Source of the DNA: an uncultured Gemmatimonadales bacterium
Lineage (GTDB): Bacteria; Gemmatimonadota; Gemmatimonadetes; Gemmatimonadales; Gemmatimonadaceae
Assembly (NCBI GenBank): GCA_963793305.1
Contig: CAWBZV010000005.1
Location: forward strand, 1,472,001-1,536,000
DNA: 64,000 nt
Direction of reading: 5' to 3'
Shown here in pieces: positions 1 through 11,040 of this stretch. The notes beneath the pieces are model-generated. The model was not told the DNA's origin. It saw only the letters and a program-made list of their open reading frames with translations, and made no database searches. A program made the translations under genes and the position numbers. Within the stretch, counting starts at the first letter, position 1. The number at the start of each line of letters is the position of its first letter.

Positions 1-3000
1 ATTTCGAAAGGGCTGCCACGGGGTATCTCGCTGGTCTACCATGGGGATCGGGTTGCCGTGCGTCCGTTTCTCTACATGGATGTGACGGCCAGCAACAGCA
101 CGCCCGCACTCCAAGACTTACAGTTGACGGCCCAGTACCAGGTCAATGGCAGCTGGATCGCCATGACGTTCGTAAACGGCGACCGGACGCTGCACTTCGC
201 GGGAAGCCAGCTGAATGCGAAGCCGGCCGACACCTTCCGGCTTGGCGCGCAAGTAGACGTGAGCAGCCTGGCGAGCACGGCCTGGGCCGCTGCGCCGCTC
301 AAGATCACGCTCGTGGCGGTATACAGCGACCACCAGGAGTTCTACACCGACTCCTCCCAAACCTTATCGGTGGTCAGCGAGCGCGCGTCACCGATCGCGG
401 CAGGGTGGTCCGTCGCCGGCGTGCCGCACCTGTACGGCCGATCGGACAACACCGCATCTCAGATTGTCGTGAAGGAAGGCAACGGGTCAACCACGTTGTA
501 CAACGGCAATAATTGTGTCCCGAACTGCATCTGGATGCCCGCGGGCCCCGGCGTGTTCAGTCGGATTGACTACCTCTGGGGTGCGCCAGACTCAATGGTC
601 TACATCCGGAGCTACCCGGATTCGACTCGAGAGTATTTCTACGGATCGCGGGTCAACAGTGGCGCCATCGGCAGACGGGTCGACCGGTTCCAGGATACCG
701 TCCTATTCAAGTACGACACGCTTGGCCGCCTGGACTCGATCACGGACCCCTACCGCACCGCGAGCGGCGCGCACCTGGCGTGGCAGATCAAGTACGGGCC
801 GAATGGCATTGATTCGATCATCGAGCCCCTCACCGCGGGAGTGAGCAACGCTCGGAAGACGACCGACTCGGTTGACGTGAATCACCTGCTGCGTAAATGG
901 ACCGACCCCGATGGCGCCTCGACCCGATTCGGGTATGACGCCGACAATCGGCTGAATAGCATCACGGATCGCAACGGCAACACGACGACGTTCAAGTACG
1001 ACACGCTGTGGAAGCTGGACACGATCGTATCGCCGCAGGTGCCGATTGATAACCACGGAACTGGCAGTCCGACGAATCAGTCGCTGATGACCGTCTACCA
1101 AGACTGGCAAGAGGCCGGGGTTCCGTACAAGCACACCAGCGACAGCGTAGCTTCGCAGTGGCAACCCGCGCGGACTGATACGATCCGTGGCCGGACGACG
1201 GACCCTCTGGGATACGTCCACGCGATCCAGCCGGACCGCTGGGGACAGGCGTTAGCGCTGACCGATCCGTTGGGCAATACGATGACCTATGCGCGCGATC
1301 AGAATGGTATGCCGGAGACGGTCACGTATCCGACGGGGGCGCAGGACCAGTTTACTTTCAGTGGCCCGTTGCTCACGCAAAGCACGCCCGCGTATCAGAC
1401 CGTGACGACGTATTACGCCTACGGGCCGTTCGCGATCCCTGATTCCGTTTACGGCACGGGCATTCCGACGACGTACAACTACTTCACGGTCGCCGGCCGT
1501 GGCCGGATCGACTCGACGCGAGTCGGCGCAGGCAATAAAGCGACGCACTACACGTACGATAATTTCTTCCGCGTGACGCAGGCCGTTGATCCGCTTGGCG
1601 ATACGACGCACATGGGCTATGACGCGATCAGCGGGAACCTCGATAGCAGCCAAGCGCTCCCGAGCCAGCGATTGGCGACGACGACCTTCGACCACGTCGG
1701 GCGAGACTCGATCGATGTCGTCACCAGCTATACGATCCGGCAGTCGACCACCAAGCTCTATGACCCGATGAACCGGGTGATCGGGTTGCTCGACGGGGTG
1801 CATACGGGCGACACGATCAAATACCACTACGACAGCCTGTATCTGCGGTCGACGACCGACTTGAAGGGCCAGGTCTACCAGACGACCTACAACCCTCTCG
1901 GCTGGCCCGTGACGCAAGTCGATCCGGCGAATCGGACAACGACCGCGACGTACAATGCGCTCGGTCTCCCGATGACGGCGACGAATCGGCGTGGTCAGAT
2001 GATGACGTACAGCTACGACATCACTGGCCGTCTGACGGGTGTCCACAAGCCGTCAGTGCGGAGCGAAGCAGATGCCGCCGACACGGTCGTGTATTCGGTC
2101 ACGGGCGATGTCGTCAGGGACTCGAACGCCGTGCAGAAGAACGTCACGTACGTCTCAGACGCTAGTAACTGGACGGACTCGACGATCACGTATTTCGTGA
2201 CGCACGGCACATGGTGGAAGCGGCACTACTTCCACAGCGCCCTTGGACAGATCGATTCGATCGTGTTCACCACGAACGCGACCGGCGCGCCGCCACACAC
2301 GCGCCATTTCGGGTGGGATGCGGCGGCCGGAGTATTGGACAGCATTCTGGGTCGGCACGACTGCGGCAACGCACTTGGGGTACAACGCTCTGTGGATGCA
2401 CACCACGACTACCTATCCCACGAGTGTCATTCGGACAGACAGTATCTCACAGATTCTCGGGCTCGTCTCCTCGACGTATTCGACGACGAACACCTCGGTG
2501 TTCAACCGCGGCTACGACTACGACTCGGCGGGACGGATCACCGAGGTCGATCTCCCCAACGGCACGAGTGAGCTCTACACCTACAACGGGACTGGCCAGT
2601 TGGCCGAGTGGATAACCGGTCACTGGATGGCGTCGGACTCGATTACGTGTTGGAAGACGCATGGGGAGATGGGCTACCCGTGCGGCAGTATCCTAGACTT
2701 CTCCGTGTCGCAGCAGTACGACTATAGCTTCGACCTGGCCGACAACCTCGACACGGTGAAGAACGTCACCGGCGGGACCGACACGCTCGGGGTGTTCGGT
2801 ACCGGCAATACCGATAGCCTGTGGAAGGCGGTATCCGTTACGCACGACAACGACGGCGATCGAGCGACGAACGGAAGCGCGACATCGTACGTCTGGAGCG
2901 CCGACGGGCGGTTGTTGCAGGCCATCACGGCCGCTTCGGGAAATGACACAAGCGTCTACGACTATAACGTGGCCGGGCAACTGACCCGGCGGCAAAAGCA

Positions 3001-4028
3001 TGGCGTTGATGACCGATACTATCTCTGGGACCATGGCCAGCTGGTGGCGATCCTCGATCAATGGGCCGAGGACGTTCTCAGCGGAGTACGCGTATTATCC
3101 GGGGACCGATCGGCTGTTCGCGCAGGGGGTGCCATCCCTGAGCACTCTGTCGTATTACGAGCAGGATGGGAAAGGCAATGTCGTCGGCGTGCACACGAAC
3201 GGAGTGGCCAACCAGACGTTGAGCTATGACCCCTGGGGCAACCTCGAGTCGCTCTCCAGCAGTGGCAGCGACACGACGCAGCTGCGGTGGAAGGGACTGT
3301 TGTGGGAGGAGGGGCCGAAGCTCTACTACATGCGGGCGCGCTGGTACGATCCGGTGACGCGCCGGTTCGTGTCGCCTGATCCGTTGGGACTTGCGGCGGG
3401 AATCAATCAGTACGCGTTCGCGGGTGGGGATCCGATCAATGGTTCGGATCCGGGTGGGATGGAGGCGTGCGACGGTGGAGACGACAGTAGTGATGAGTAT
3501 TTTTGCGACCCTGGCGGTGGCGACAACGGGCCGGGCACAGCCGCCACCTGTACGTTGCAGACACCGATCGCCGAATGCTTCGCACCTATCAATAACGATC
3601 CTGCTGTTGTGCTTACCTACGACTGGGCTCAGTACATCGGCATTGGTGGAGATTTCGGAACCACCCTAGTATTGACCACGGACGACTTAGCGATCTACAA
3701 CACCGTTGGCGCAGGGACCGGTTTGGATCAGGGGCCGTCGCTCATGGGAGGTGTCGCAACCTCCGCGAATGCAGTTTCGGATGCCTCAACTACGGTGTGC
3801 GGCGGAGATGGGGCCGCGGCTTGTTATTCGGGCAACCCCAGCGGTAGCGTCTACTTGATCGGAGCACAGTCAGGCGCGGGAGGTCACGGAGGAACCACGT
3901 ATAGCGTGCTGATGTTCAGCCTGCAGACATTTTGGCACCAATTGACAAATTCTGTCAATCAGTGGGCTCAGGGCTTCTTCAATAACCCTTACAACAATCC
4001 CTGTGCTGTCTTCGCTGACGCCTGTTAG
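1..4028 (+). CDS. RHS/YD-repeat polymorphic toxin-like protein 1 (5' end outside window; frameshifts near 2346 and 3080)
   Basis: Frame is open from base 1 (ISKGLPRGISLVYHG...). YD repeats run across ORFs 58-2571, 2243-3229 and 3000-4028. The RHS core end YYMRARWYDPVTRRFVSPDPLG...DPINGSDPGG is followed by a C-terminal tip of about 189 aa. Confidence 0.9.
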
Positions 4029-4078
4029 ATACTCGTATCATTCGTGCAGCTTTACCTTGGGAGTCGCGGACGATTCAT

Positions 4079-4108
4079 GGTTGGCGCGTGGAAGTGAGCG
4101 CGCCAACC
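4079..4108. terminator. Stem-loop between convergent genes, possible terminator
   Basis: GGTTGGCGCG-N10-CGCGCCAACC, a perfect 10-bp stem 50 nt after the RHS1 stop; no U-tract. Confidence 0.4.
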
Positions 4109-4239
4109 GCTCCTCATGATAACGTGCGGCTGGGTCACGACCTAAGGCCGGTCACAAGGATGCACTGCCCTTTGCTTGTCGTTTTAGGTTCGACGCTTAA
4201 AGCAAGGGACTAGTGCCAGGCATAGTCCCGCGCCGCCCC

Positions 4240-4800
4240 TTAGCCCTCGAGGGCCGAGCCACTGACCGCAGCGGCTTCCGCGATCTGACGAAGAACCCCC
4301 AGCAACACCTCGCGCTCGCGCGCGGCCAGATCCATCATGGCCCCGTGCAGCAGTACCGAGCCTACCACTGCGATACCAAGAAAGAGGATGGCTCCTGCGA
4401 CAGGGATCCCGTGCGATACGCCTATAAAGAAAACGACCACGAGCCATGCCAGGAATACACACCAGCTGATGATCGTCTTTAATGAGGGTCCAGCCTCGAC
4501 TCGCACTCGGCTGCCGCCAGACTCAGGAGGGCCCGGCTCGACTGTTCCGCGCCACGCAGGTCGATAAGATGTGCGCCGGCCGAAAATAGTGCCGCCGACC
4601 AGGTAAAATCTGTTGCCGTCTACACGCACCCTGACTCCGGCTTGGTCCAGGGGCGCGGGACACTGGTATGGCGGGTGCCCTCCGTGTCGCAATGTCCCGA
4701 GGCGACTCAAGAGTGCGTCAGGTGATAGGGGAGATGTGAGTTCCACAGCATCACGAGACGGGGCCAGGGACTTCGCGGGAGTGTTATTGATGCCACTCAA
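4240..4800 (-). CDS. Hypothetical membrane protein with two C-terminal TM helices
   Basis: 186-aa ORF with hydrophobic hairpin IISWCVFLAWLVVVFFIG / AILFLGIAVVGSVLL. Confidence 0.65.
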   Translation of the reverse strand: MSGINNTPAKSLAPSRDAVELTSPLSPDALLSRLGTLRHGGHPPYQCPAPLDQAGVRVRVDGNRFYLVGGTIFGRRTSYRPAWRGTVEPGPPESGGSRVRVEAGPSLKTIISWCVFLAWLVVVFFIGVSHGIPVAGAILFLGIAVVGSVLLHGAMMDLAAREREVLLGVLRQIAEAAAVSGSALEG

Positions 4801-4962
4801 TGGCTAGCTCGCGAGGGTTCGCCGAGAAATATACTTCATGCCCGGATCGGGGCCTGTACGAGCACGCCACGGCGAAGGTGTTGGGCAAACGACAGCCCGA
4901 CCGTGGATTGAGTTACCCGGCGCAGAGCATCCTCGCACCGATGCGCGGGGACGTGTGCTGCC

Positions 4963-5204
4963 ATGACTCTCAGTGCACACCTGCAGGCGGCCCAAAGGGT
5001 GTTTGGACGGTCGGCGTCACGGTACGGAAGTACGAGGTCGGATTGTTCGCGACATTCTTCTTTGAAATCGTATCGGCGCTTTCGCTGGGGCAGGTGTCGC
5101 GGTGGCCGAAGGTTGAGGGGTGCCGTTTGGTGCTCGGTGTCAACTTCGTGCCGATTGCGATCATCGTGTTACTTCTGCGACTGGCTGAACGTCGCGGCAT
5201 GTGA
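4963..5204 (+). pseudogene. Possible small two-TM membrane protein (frameshifted or fragment)
   Basis: C-terminal part of ORF 4800-5204 has two hydrophobic segments; start is uncertain. Confidence 0.25.
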
Positions 5205-5488
5205 GGTTCTCCGGGCCTGCTTCGTCGCGGCGAGCGTTCCGTCGAGGAACGATGTGGCGCGATCATAGCGTCAACGACCGCGTTTCGAGCTGCCGGCGCG
5301 GTGATCGTCGACCTCATGGATCACTGTTGTGGCACGAGCCCTCCTGATCAAAGCGTGCCCGAAGCCAAGCTTGAGTGGTCGAGCGGAGGATCGGGGTTGC
5401 AGCGCGAACAGCGCGACAGGGCGCAGCCTGCTATTACAGTTCGTAGGCGTGGCGTCGAGCTCTGACGCTGCGGCCTTGACGCATCGCA

Positions 5489-6352
5489 CTAGGGCGTTGC
5501 GCCCGGTAGTCGGTCCGGCGGCTCGGTTGGTCGTCGGGGCGGTGTCGAGGTGTCGGCGACCGCAGTCGGGGCTTCCGTTTGGCCGGCAAGCGAGCGACGT
5601 TGGCGATCGAGGGCGAGAAATGCGCCTCCTGGCATTGACAGGTAGATCCACCAGGGTCCGTACAGCCCATGGCGCACGATGCCGGCTCCGAACAGTTGGA
5701 TGGCCATCCATTGTTGCGTGACTTTGCCCGTGCCCCACTCGATCCCGAACTTGCCAAAGCCGATGAGCGCGACAATGACCCATAACCAGCGCCGCTTAAG
5801 CGGCGACCGCACCACTTGCACGGCCGCATATGCCGATGTGCCCAGCACAACAATGGCAAGCAGTGCGGCAATCAGCCCACCAGGTGATGCATGCTGCAGT
5901 GTAAGCGCGGTACGCGATTGCAGAGACGAGGGCTCGGGCCACGCGTGGAGGCCGACCACTTCCGGCTGATGATCCTCGTCCTCCCACAGGGTTAGCTGGA
6001 TGAGCACCCACGTCCCGCTCGCATGCAGCTGATAAACGATAATCCGCTGGGCCGATCCGGTGTAACTGTCCTTCACATCGACTCCGACAATCTGCAGCGA
6101 GTCCGACTGGCCCTGTGGCACGAGGCGCTGAATCGTCGCAATGCTGTCGACGACTGCATCGTTCATCGCCATCTGTGGTACGAAGAATTTCAGTGCCACA
6201 CGCGCCGGCTGATGTTGCAGAGTGTCGATAAACGCTCGTGCGAACTGATCGGTTGGCGGGGGAACGGATCGCGCGATCATTCCCCTCGACGGCATAAAAC
6301 AGCCCGTGGTCAACATCGCCATCATGACATAGACGTCGCGTGACAGGCGCAT
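5489..6352 (-). CDS. Hypothetical lipoprotein/membrane protein
   Basis: 287 aa; lipobox-like LTTGC, a soluble domain, then several TM segments; TATTGT box at -12..-7 from the ATG. Confidence 0.7.
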   Translation of the reverse strand: MRLSRDVYVMMAMLTTGCFMPSRGMIARSVPPPTDQFARAFIDTLQHQPARVALKFFVPQMAMNDAVVDSIATIQRLVPQGQSDSLQIVGVDVKDSYTGSAQRIIVYQLHASGTWVLIQLTLWEDEDHQPEVVGLHAWPEPSSLQSRTALTLQHASPGGLIAALLAIVVLGTSAYAAVQVVRSPLKRRWLWVIVALIGFGKFGIEWGTGKVTQQWMAIQLFGAGIVRHGLYGPWWIYLSMPGGAFLALDRQRRSLAGQTEAPTAVADTSTPPRRPTEPPDRLPGATP

Positions 6353-6753
6353 AAGGCCACAATATTTGATGCTCGTTCCGCGAATAGCAACGACGGCCTA
6401 TACAGAGTACTCCATAACGCTGAGGTGAAGGTGTCCGGCAACTCCGATCGCCCGAGCCGGTATACGGTCCTCGCGTCGACGGCAGCCATAGTGGCGCGCG
6501 CGAGGGCGCGGACGCAGGCAATCGCGCGGGTTGTGTGAGGCAAGCGCTCGCGGGGCGACACCCGGCGGAGAATCGGTATGGCGAGCGCGGCCTCGCGCAC
6601 GTAACGCGATCGGGTGAGGCCGGCGGCAGCGGCCCACAGGCTGATCGTCTCGTATTCCAGAACGGTGAACGGGACATGCAGGAAGCGGCGCGGCGGCTTG
6701 TGGCTCGGGCGGCGCGCGTGTCGGCTGTCGCCGGCGGGCTGTTCAGGAAGCAT
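6322..6753 (-). CDS. MobC-like ribbon-helix-helix protein (possibly a degenerate mobile-element relic)
   Basis: RFLHVPFTVLEYETISLWAAAAGLTRSRYVREAAL fits the MobC/RHH pattern; GAGAGGA precedes the ATG at 6753. Confidence 0.55.
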   Translation of the reverse strand: MLPEQPAGDSRHARRPSHKPPRRFLHVPFTVLEYETISLWAAAAGLTRSRYVREAALAIPILRRVSPRERLPHTTRAIACVRALARATMAAVDARTVYRLGRSELPDTFTSALWSTLYRPSLLFAERASNIVALCACHATSMS

Positions 6754-6982
6754 GTGCTGGCATCCTCTCGATTGAGGAGAAAGACAAGAACCGGATGCCG
6801 GCATGCTTATGATGGGGCGTCAGTCGACCGTCAGACTTCTAACGGTGCGAAAATGCCGCCGTAGTGAATTAACCGGCCCGCTGGCCGGTCCGGGGTTGAA
6901 GGGGTGACTCACCGGGCAAGGCACCACGCCCGTTCATGACGCTGCACAGCTGGGCGGGACCGGCTGCCGGCCGGGCCTGCGG

Positions 6983-9900
6983 TTGACCAAGGCGGGGTGG
7001 ACAGTCTCGCCGGTGACGCGGCGGTGGCAGTGCTACGGCGCCAACACAGGAACTGATTCCGCCGATGTCACGAGGCTGTGGATCGACCAGTGGGGCGACC
7101 CCTTCCGGATTCGAGACGCGCACGGCGACGAGACAGAACTGACGCGCGCGAATACGACCTACCCGTCGCTCGTGACCTACGCTCGTTACGCAAACGGTCG
7201 AGTTTTCGCCGCGACGTATGATGGGCGCGGCAACCCGCAGACGGTGACCGACTCGTCCTTCTCCATCAGCGGTACGTACCCCACGACGCGCTATGTCTTC
7301 AATCAAACGTACGATTTCGCGACAAAGATCGTGCGCCCGGCGCAGGATAGCATCATGATGGTGTACGATACCGCGTTCGGCAATCGGACGTCGCTGCAGA
7401 CTGGGGCGCTGGCGGCACAGACAGTGAACTTTACGTATTGGGCGGACTCGGTGACGGAGCCAGGCAGAAACCTCCTGGCATCAGTCGTTCAGCCGGTGGA
7501 GTCCCCGAAGGCGGACTCGGTCTATTACGACTTTCTCGGGAACGACAGCAGCGCGGTATCGCCACTGAAAATCAGGGTGCGCACCCATCGGGATTCGATC
7601 GGTCGCGTCGTTAAGGTCATCACGCCGATTGATTCATCGAACTCGCAGACGGACTCGACGCAGTACGATAACATGGACCGAGCCGTCTTCACCTCGAGCC
7701 ATGCGCCTGCCCTGACGCATAACTTCGCGCCCGATACCTCGTTCCTCGGGCAGACCGGCATGATATTCCGCCCGTTCACTGCTGATTCGGCGGCGCTCAC
7801 GGTTACGACAACCTACGACACAGCTGGGGCTCCGATCTCTGTCGTTCGATCCTCGTTGCCCGACTCGAACGCGATCGGGCCAATGCGGACGGACTACGTG
7901 CGCAATGTCGTGGGACGGGTCGTGAAGACCGTGCAACACTTCGGGGGGGAAATCCAGACAGCACAGCGTTTGACAGCACACGATACGACGCCGTTGGCAA
8001 CCCCGTCACGACGGTGACCCGGCGGCACGACATCATCCTTGCAACCTTCGACGCGCTGAACCACGCGGTTCAGCGTGTGTTGCCTGCTAAGGAATACCCA
8101 TTGGATACGAATTCCAGTTGGAAAGTTCTCAATTGGCGGTTCCCGCAGTACTCGAACTGCGCTGATCACACCGGTTACTGCATCCCCGCCGACACGGCGA
8201 CCTTTGCATACGACAGGGTCGGCGACATGACGCTGGCGAACAATGGCGATGCGCAGATCACTCGTGTATACAACTCTGATGGTACGCTCGCGGCCGACAC
8301 ATTGCGTATTCGAGCTTGGGCGGCGGCAGATTTCTCGCTACATGTCTACGGGTTGACCTATACGTACGACCTCGATGGCCGCCGGCTGACGTTCAACCAT
8401 CCAGCGACCATCGCGCCCACCTCGGGCGGTGTGGTCCTCGGGCAGCAGCAATACACGTATGATGGCGGGGGAGTCGGAGTGTTGACTAACGTCACCGACG
8501 TACTTGGTTACGATTTTACGTACCAGTATGACTTGGACCAGCGTGTGGTTCACGTGGGCAGCGAAGCGGCCATCGAGCATTCGACATTCGATGCCGATGG
8601 TCGGTTGCAGGAGCGGGTGGACTCGGCAACAAATGTGTCGCCGGTCGACGGCTGGCAGTACAACACGCTGCACGACAACGTCTACTACTACGATCTCCGC
8701 GGCAACATCGTGCGCGCCAGCGGACGCGATACGAGCGAGCAATTGGAGACGGTCAACGCGTATTCTGGACTTGGTGCGCTCGACGATGGCCTGATCCGGC
8801 CGCTCAACGATCCCAACCCAGGGCAGTTCGATCATACCGACGAGTGGGTGCGCAGCGATGCGTTCGGCAATCCATACCATCGTTGGTCCGATACACGGAA
8901 CGGGGGTACCTACGGAGATAGTGCACAGAGCGCCCTGGTGTTCCGTTACGAGCCGGGCAGCGGTCGGTTGCTCGCTCAAGGTCAGACCGGCGGAGTCCCT
9001 TACTACTCAGACGCTGCCAGCTTCACATACGACTCCAGTGGCAACGAAGTCAGCACGTTTCATACTCGTAACTACTTGTCCGGTGGTATCAACTACAGGA
9101 TCGACATCGGAGTGGACGAATACTACGACGCCGCACAGCACTTGCGGGCCATGGATAAGCGCGAATGCGTGCCGGGGTTCGGACCGGGTGGCTCGTGTGC
9201 AGCCCTCTACTCGACACTTTCCGACATTCCCCATTTCGAGGAATTCCGGTACGACGCGCTTGGTCGCCGAATACTTCAGACAACGCTGGGGGATTCCCTT
9301 TGTGTGGGGGCGGGCGCCTTTCGATCGGGCATTGGCTGCCAGGGCGCGATCGAACGGACGGTGTACGATGGTGATCAGGTCCTATACGAGATCCGCATGC
9401 CGGACAGTGTGGGGATCTCTCCGAGCGATCTCGAGCGGGATACAGGGGCGGTCATAACCTACGAGGACACGACCTTCCAGTTCGGTAGAGTGGGATACAC
9501 GCACGGCCTCGGACTCGACCAGCCGCTCGACATCATCCGCATGGGATATGACACGCTCTTTGCAGGTCCGCAGCAGGTCGTCCCTTTGCGAGACTGGCGT
9601 GGTGGATACGACATCTCCGCATTCGCCCTCGGTGCGCGATACCAGTGCTCGGAGGAGCCTGACTCATTGGCTTTCGCAATGAACGGCGCGGTGCTGTGCT
9701 TTCAGGTCCAGCCTGGGGATCTCCAGTACGGTCTCTTTCACCAGGACCGATTTGTGGGGACACTGGCGTCCCATCAGCCCTACTGGACGGGTAGCCTGAT
9801 CGCCGATAAGCGGGATATGAACAACCGGTTGTACATGCGAAATCGTTACTACGATCCGCAAACCGGGCGGTTTACCCAGGAGGATCCCATTGGTCTGGCT

Positions 9901-10464
9901 GGCGGGTTGAATGCGTACGGATTCGCGGCTGGGGATCCGGTCAACTACTCGGATCCGTTTGGACTCGACCCTTGTATGACGCGAGGTAACTGCACCCAGG
10001 TACAGGGTGGCGAGCGAGAGGGGAACGCGAATGATTTGAAGACGCTCGGGAAGATGTTTGTCTCGGGCCTCAAGATCATGCTCGACCTCTACGTACTCGG
10101 TGCCTTTGAGCCCGAGAAGGAAGTAGAGGCTGGTGCGGCTGCGGCCGCAGAGGAAGGCGCTGCAGGGGCTGAGGCGGCCGAGTGGCCTGCTGCTGCCGAG
10201 GGGGAGACACGCGTGTCGCGTTGGATGAGCGAGGGGGAGTACAAGCAGATGCGTTCGACCGGCACACTTCAGGTTGGAGCGGAGGGAAGGACATCGGTTA
10301 CCCTTCCAGGTGCGCCGAAGCCGGGCGGCACCAGCAACGTTCGGGTAGACTTCAACATTCAGTCAGGTGCGCTTCAGCCCGGCGGGAACATGAATTGGAA
10401 AATCATATTTGGTGGCAACAGGATTCCTATCAATGGAATTCAACGAGTTACCTCTCCGCAGTGA
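6983..10464 (+). CDS. RHS/YD-repeat protein 2, 5'-truncated, with TreTu-like ADP-ribosyltransferase tip (frameshift at G7 run 7943-7949)
   Basis: YD repeats; core LYMRNRYYDPQTGRFTQEDPIG...DPVNYSDPFG; tip VSRWMSEGEYKQMRSTG...VDFNI. Confidence 0.85.
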
Positions 10465-10922
10465 TGATTCTCTACCGCTGCCTCGTACCTGCCGGCGATA
10501 GCGGTGAGGATATTGTCAACGCCGTCCGCGGATTCGCCGCGGACGGCACTCTGTCGCATGTCGCCGCATCGGTATCCCCTGATGGGCGAACGGTGCGACT
10601 TCAATCCGCAGAAGGGCAGGCACTGGCCCAGATCGCCGCGCTTGACGAACACGAGGTGGCGGAAATGCGTGTGCTCGGAGAATTTCACTCGTGCTTAGCG
10701 CTGACTCCGATGGAGGAGACGCAGGAATCAACGTTTCTGTGCTGGGAGGTGCTCACTGCGATTGCGGTGTTCAGGCCGTGCGCTGCTTGGATCAGCGATG
10801 CGGCATACAGTCCAGCCGATGTTCAAAAAGTGGCAACGGTCCGTCGTGCTCTGTTTAGCGACGGGGGCGATGGCTATCTGCTCGCGCCGTCCGAACTTGC
10901 CCGGGTTGTTGAAAGCATCTAA
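10464..10922 (+). CDS. Candidate immunity protein for the RHS2 toxin
   Basis: 152-aa acidic ORF; its ATG overlaps the RHS2 stop (TGATG). Confidence 0.7.
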   Translation: MILYRCLVPAGDSGEDIVNAVRGFAADGTLSHVAASVSPDGRTVRLQSAEGQALAQIAALDEHEVAEMRVLGEFHSCLALTPMEETQESTFLCWEVLTAIAVFRPCAAWISDAAYSPADVQKVATVRRALFSDGGDGYLLAPSELARVVESI

Positions 10923-11040
10923 TGCGTTGACGGCCCTCCCTTGCGAGGAGCCACTGTCGCGAGGTGCGGCGCGGACGCTGCGGGACCGCCTTGGGTGCGG
11001 ACTCCGATTGCGGCTTGAGGATGACTCGCTCGTGTTTTGC

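Noticed and set aside
4079..5490. Integron attC sites between the ORFan genes (hairpins at 4079-4108, 4162-4216, 4206-4229)
   Set aside because: No paired RYYYAAC/GTTRRRY boxes, no repeated element between genes, and no integrase
7943..7949. Phase variation of RHS2 through the G7 tract
   Set aside because: Cannot be separated from the window-wide indel error background
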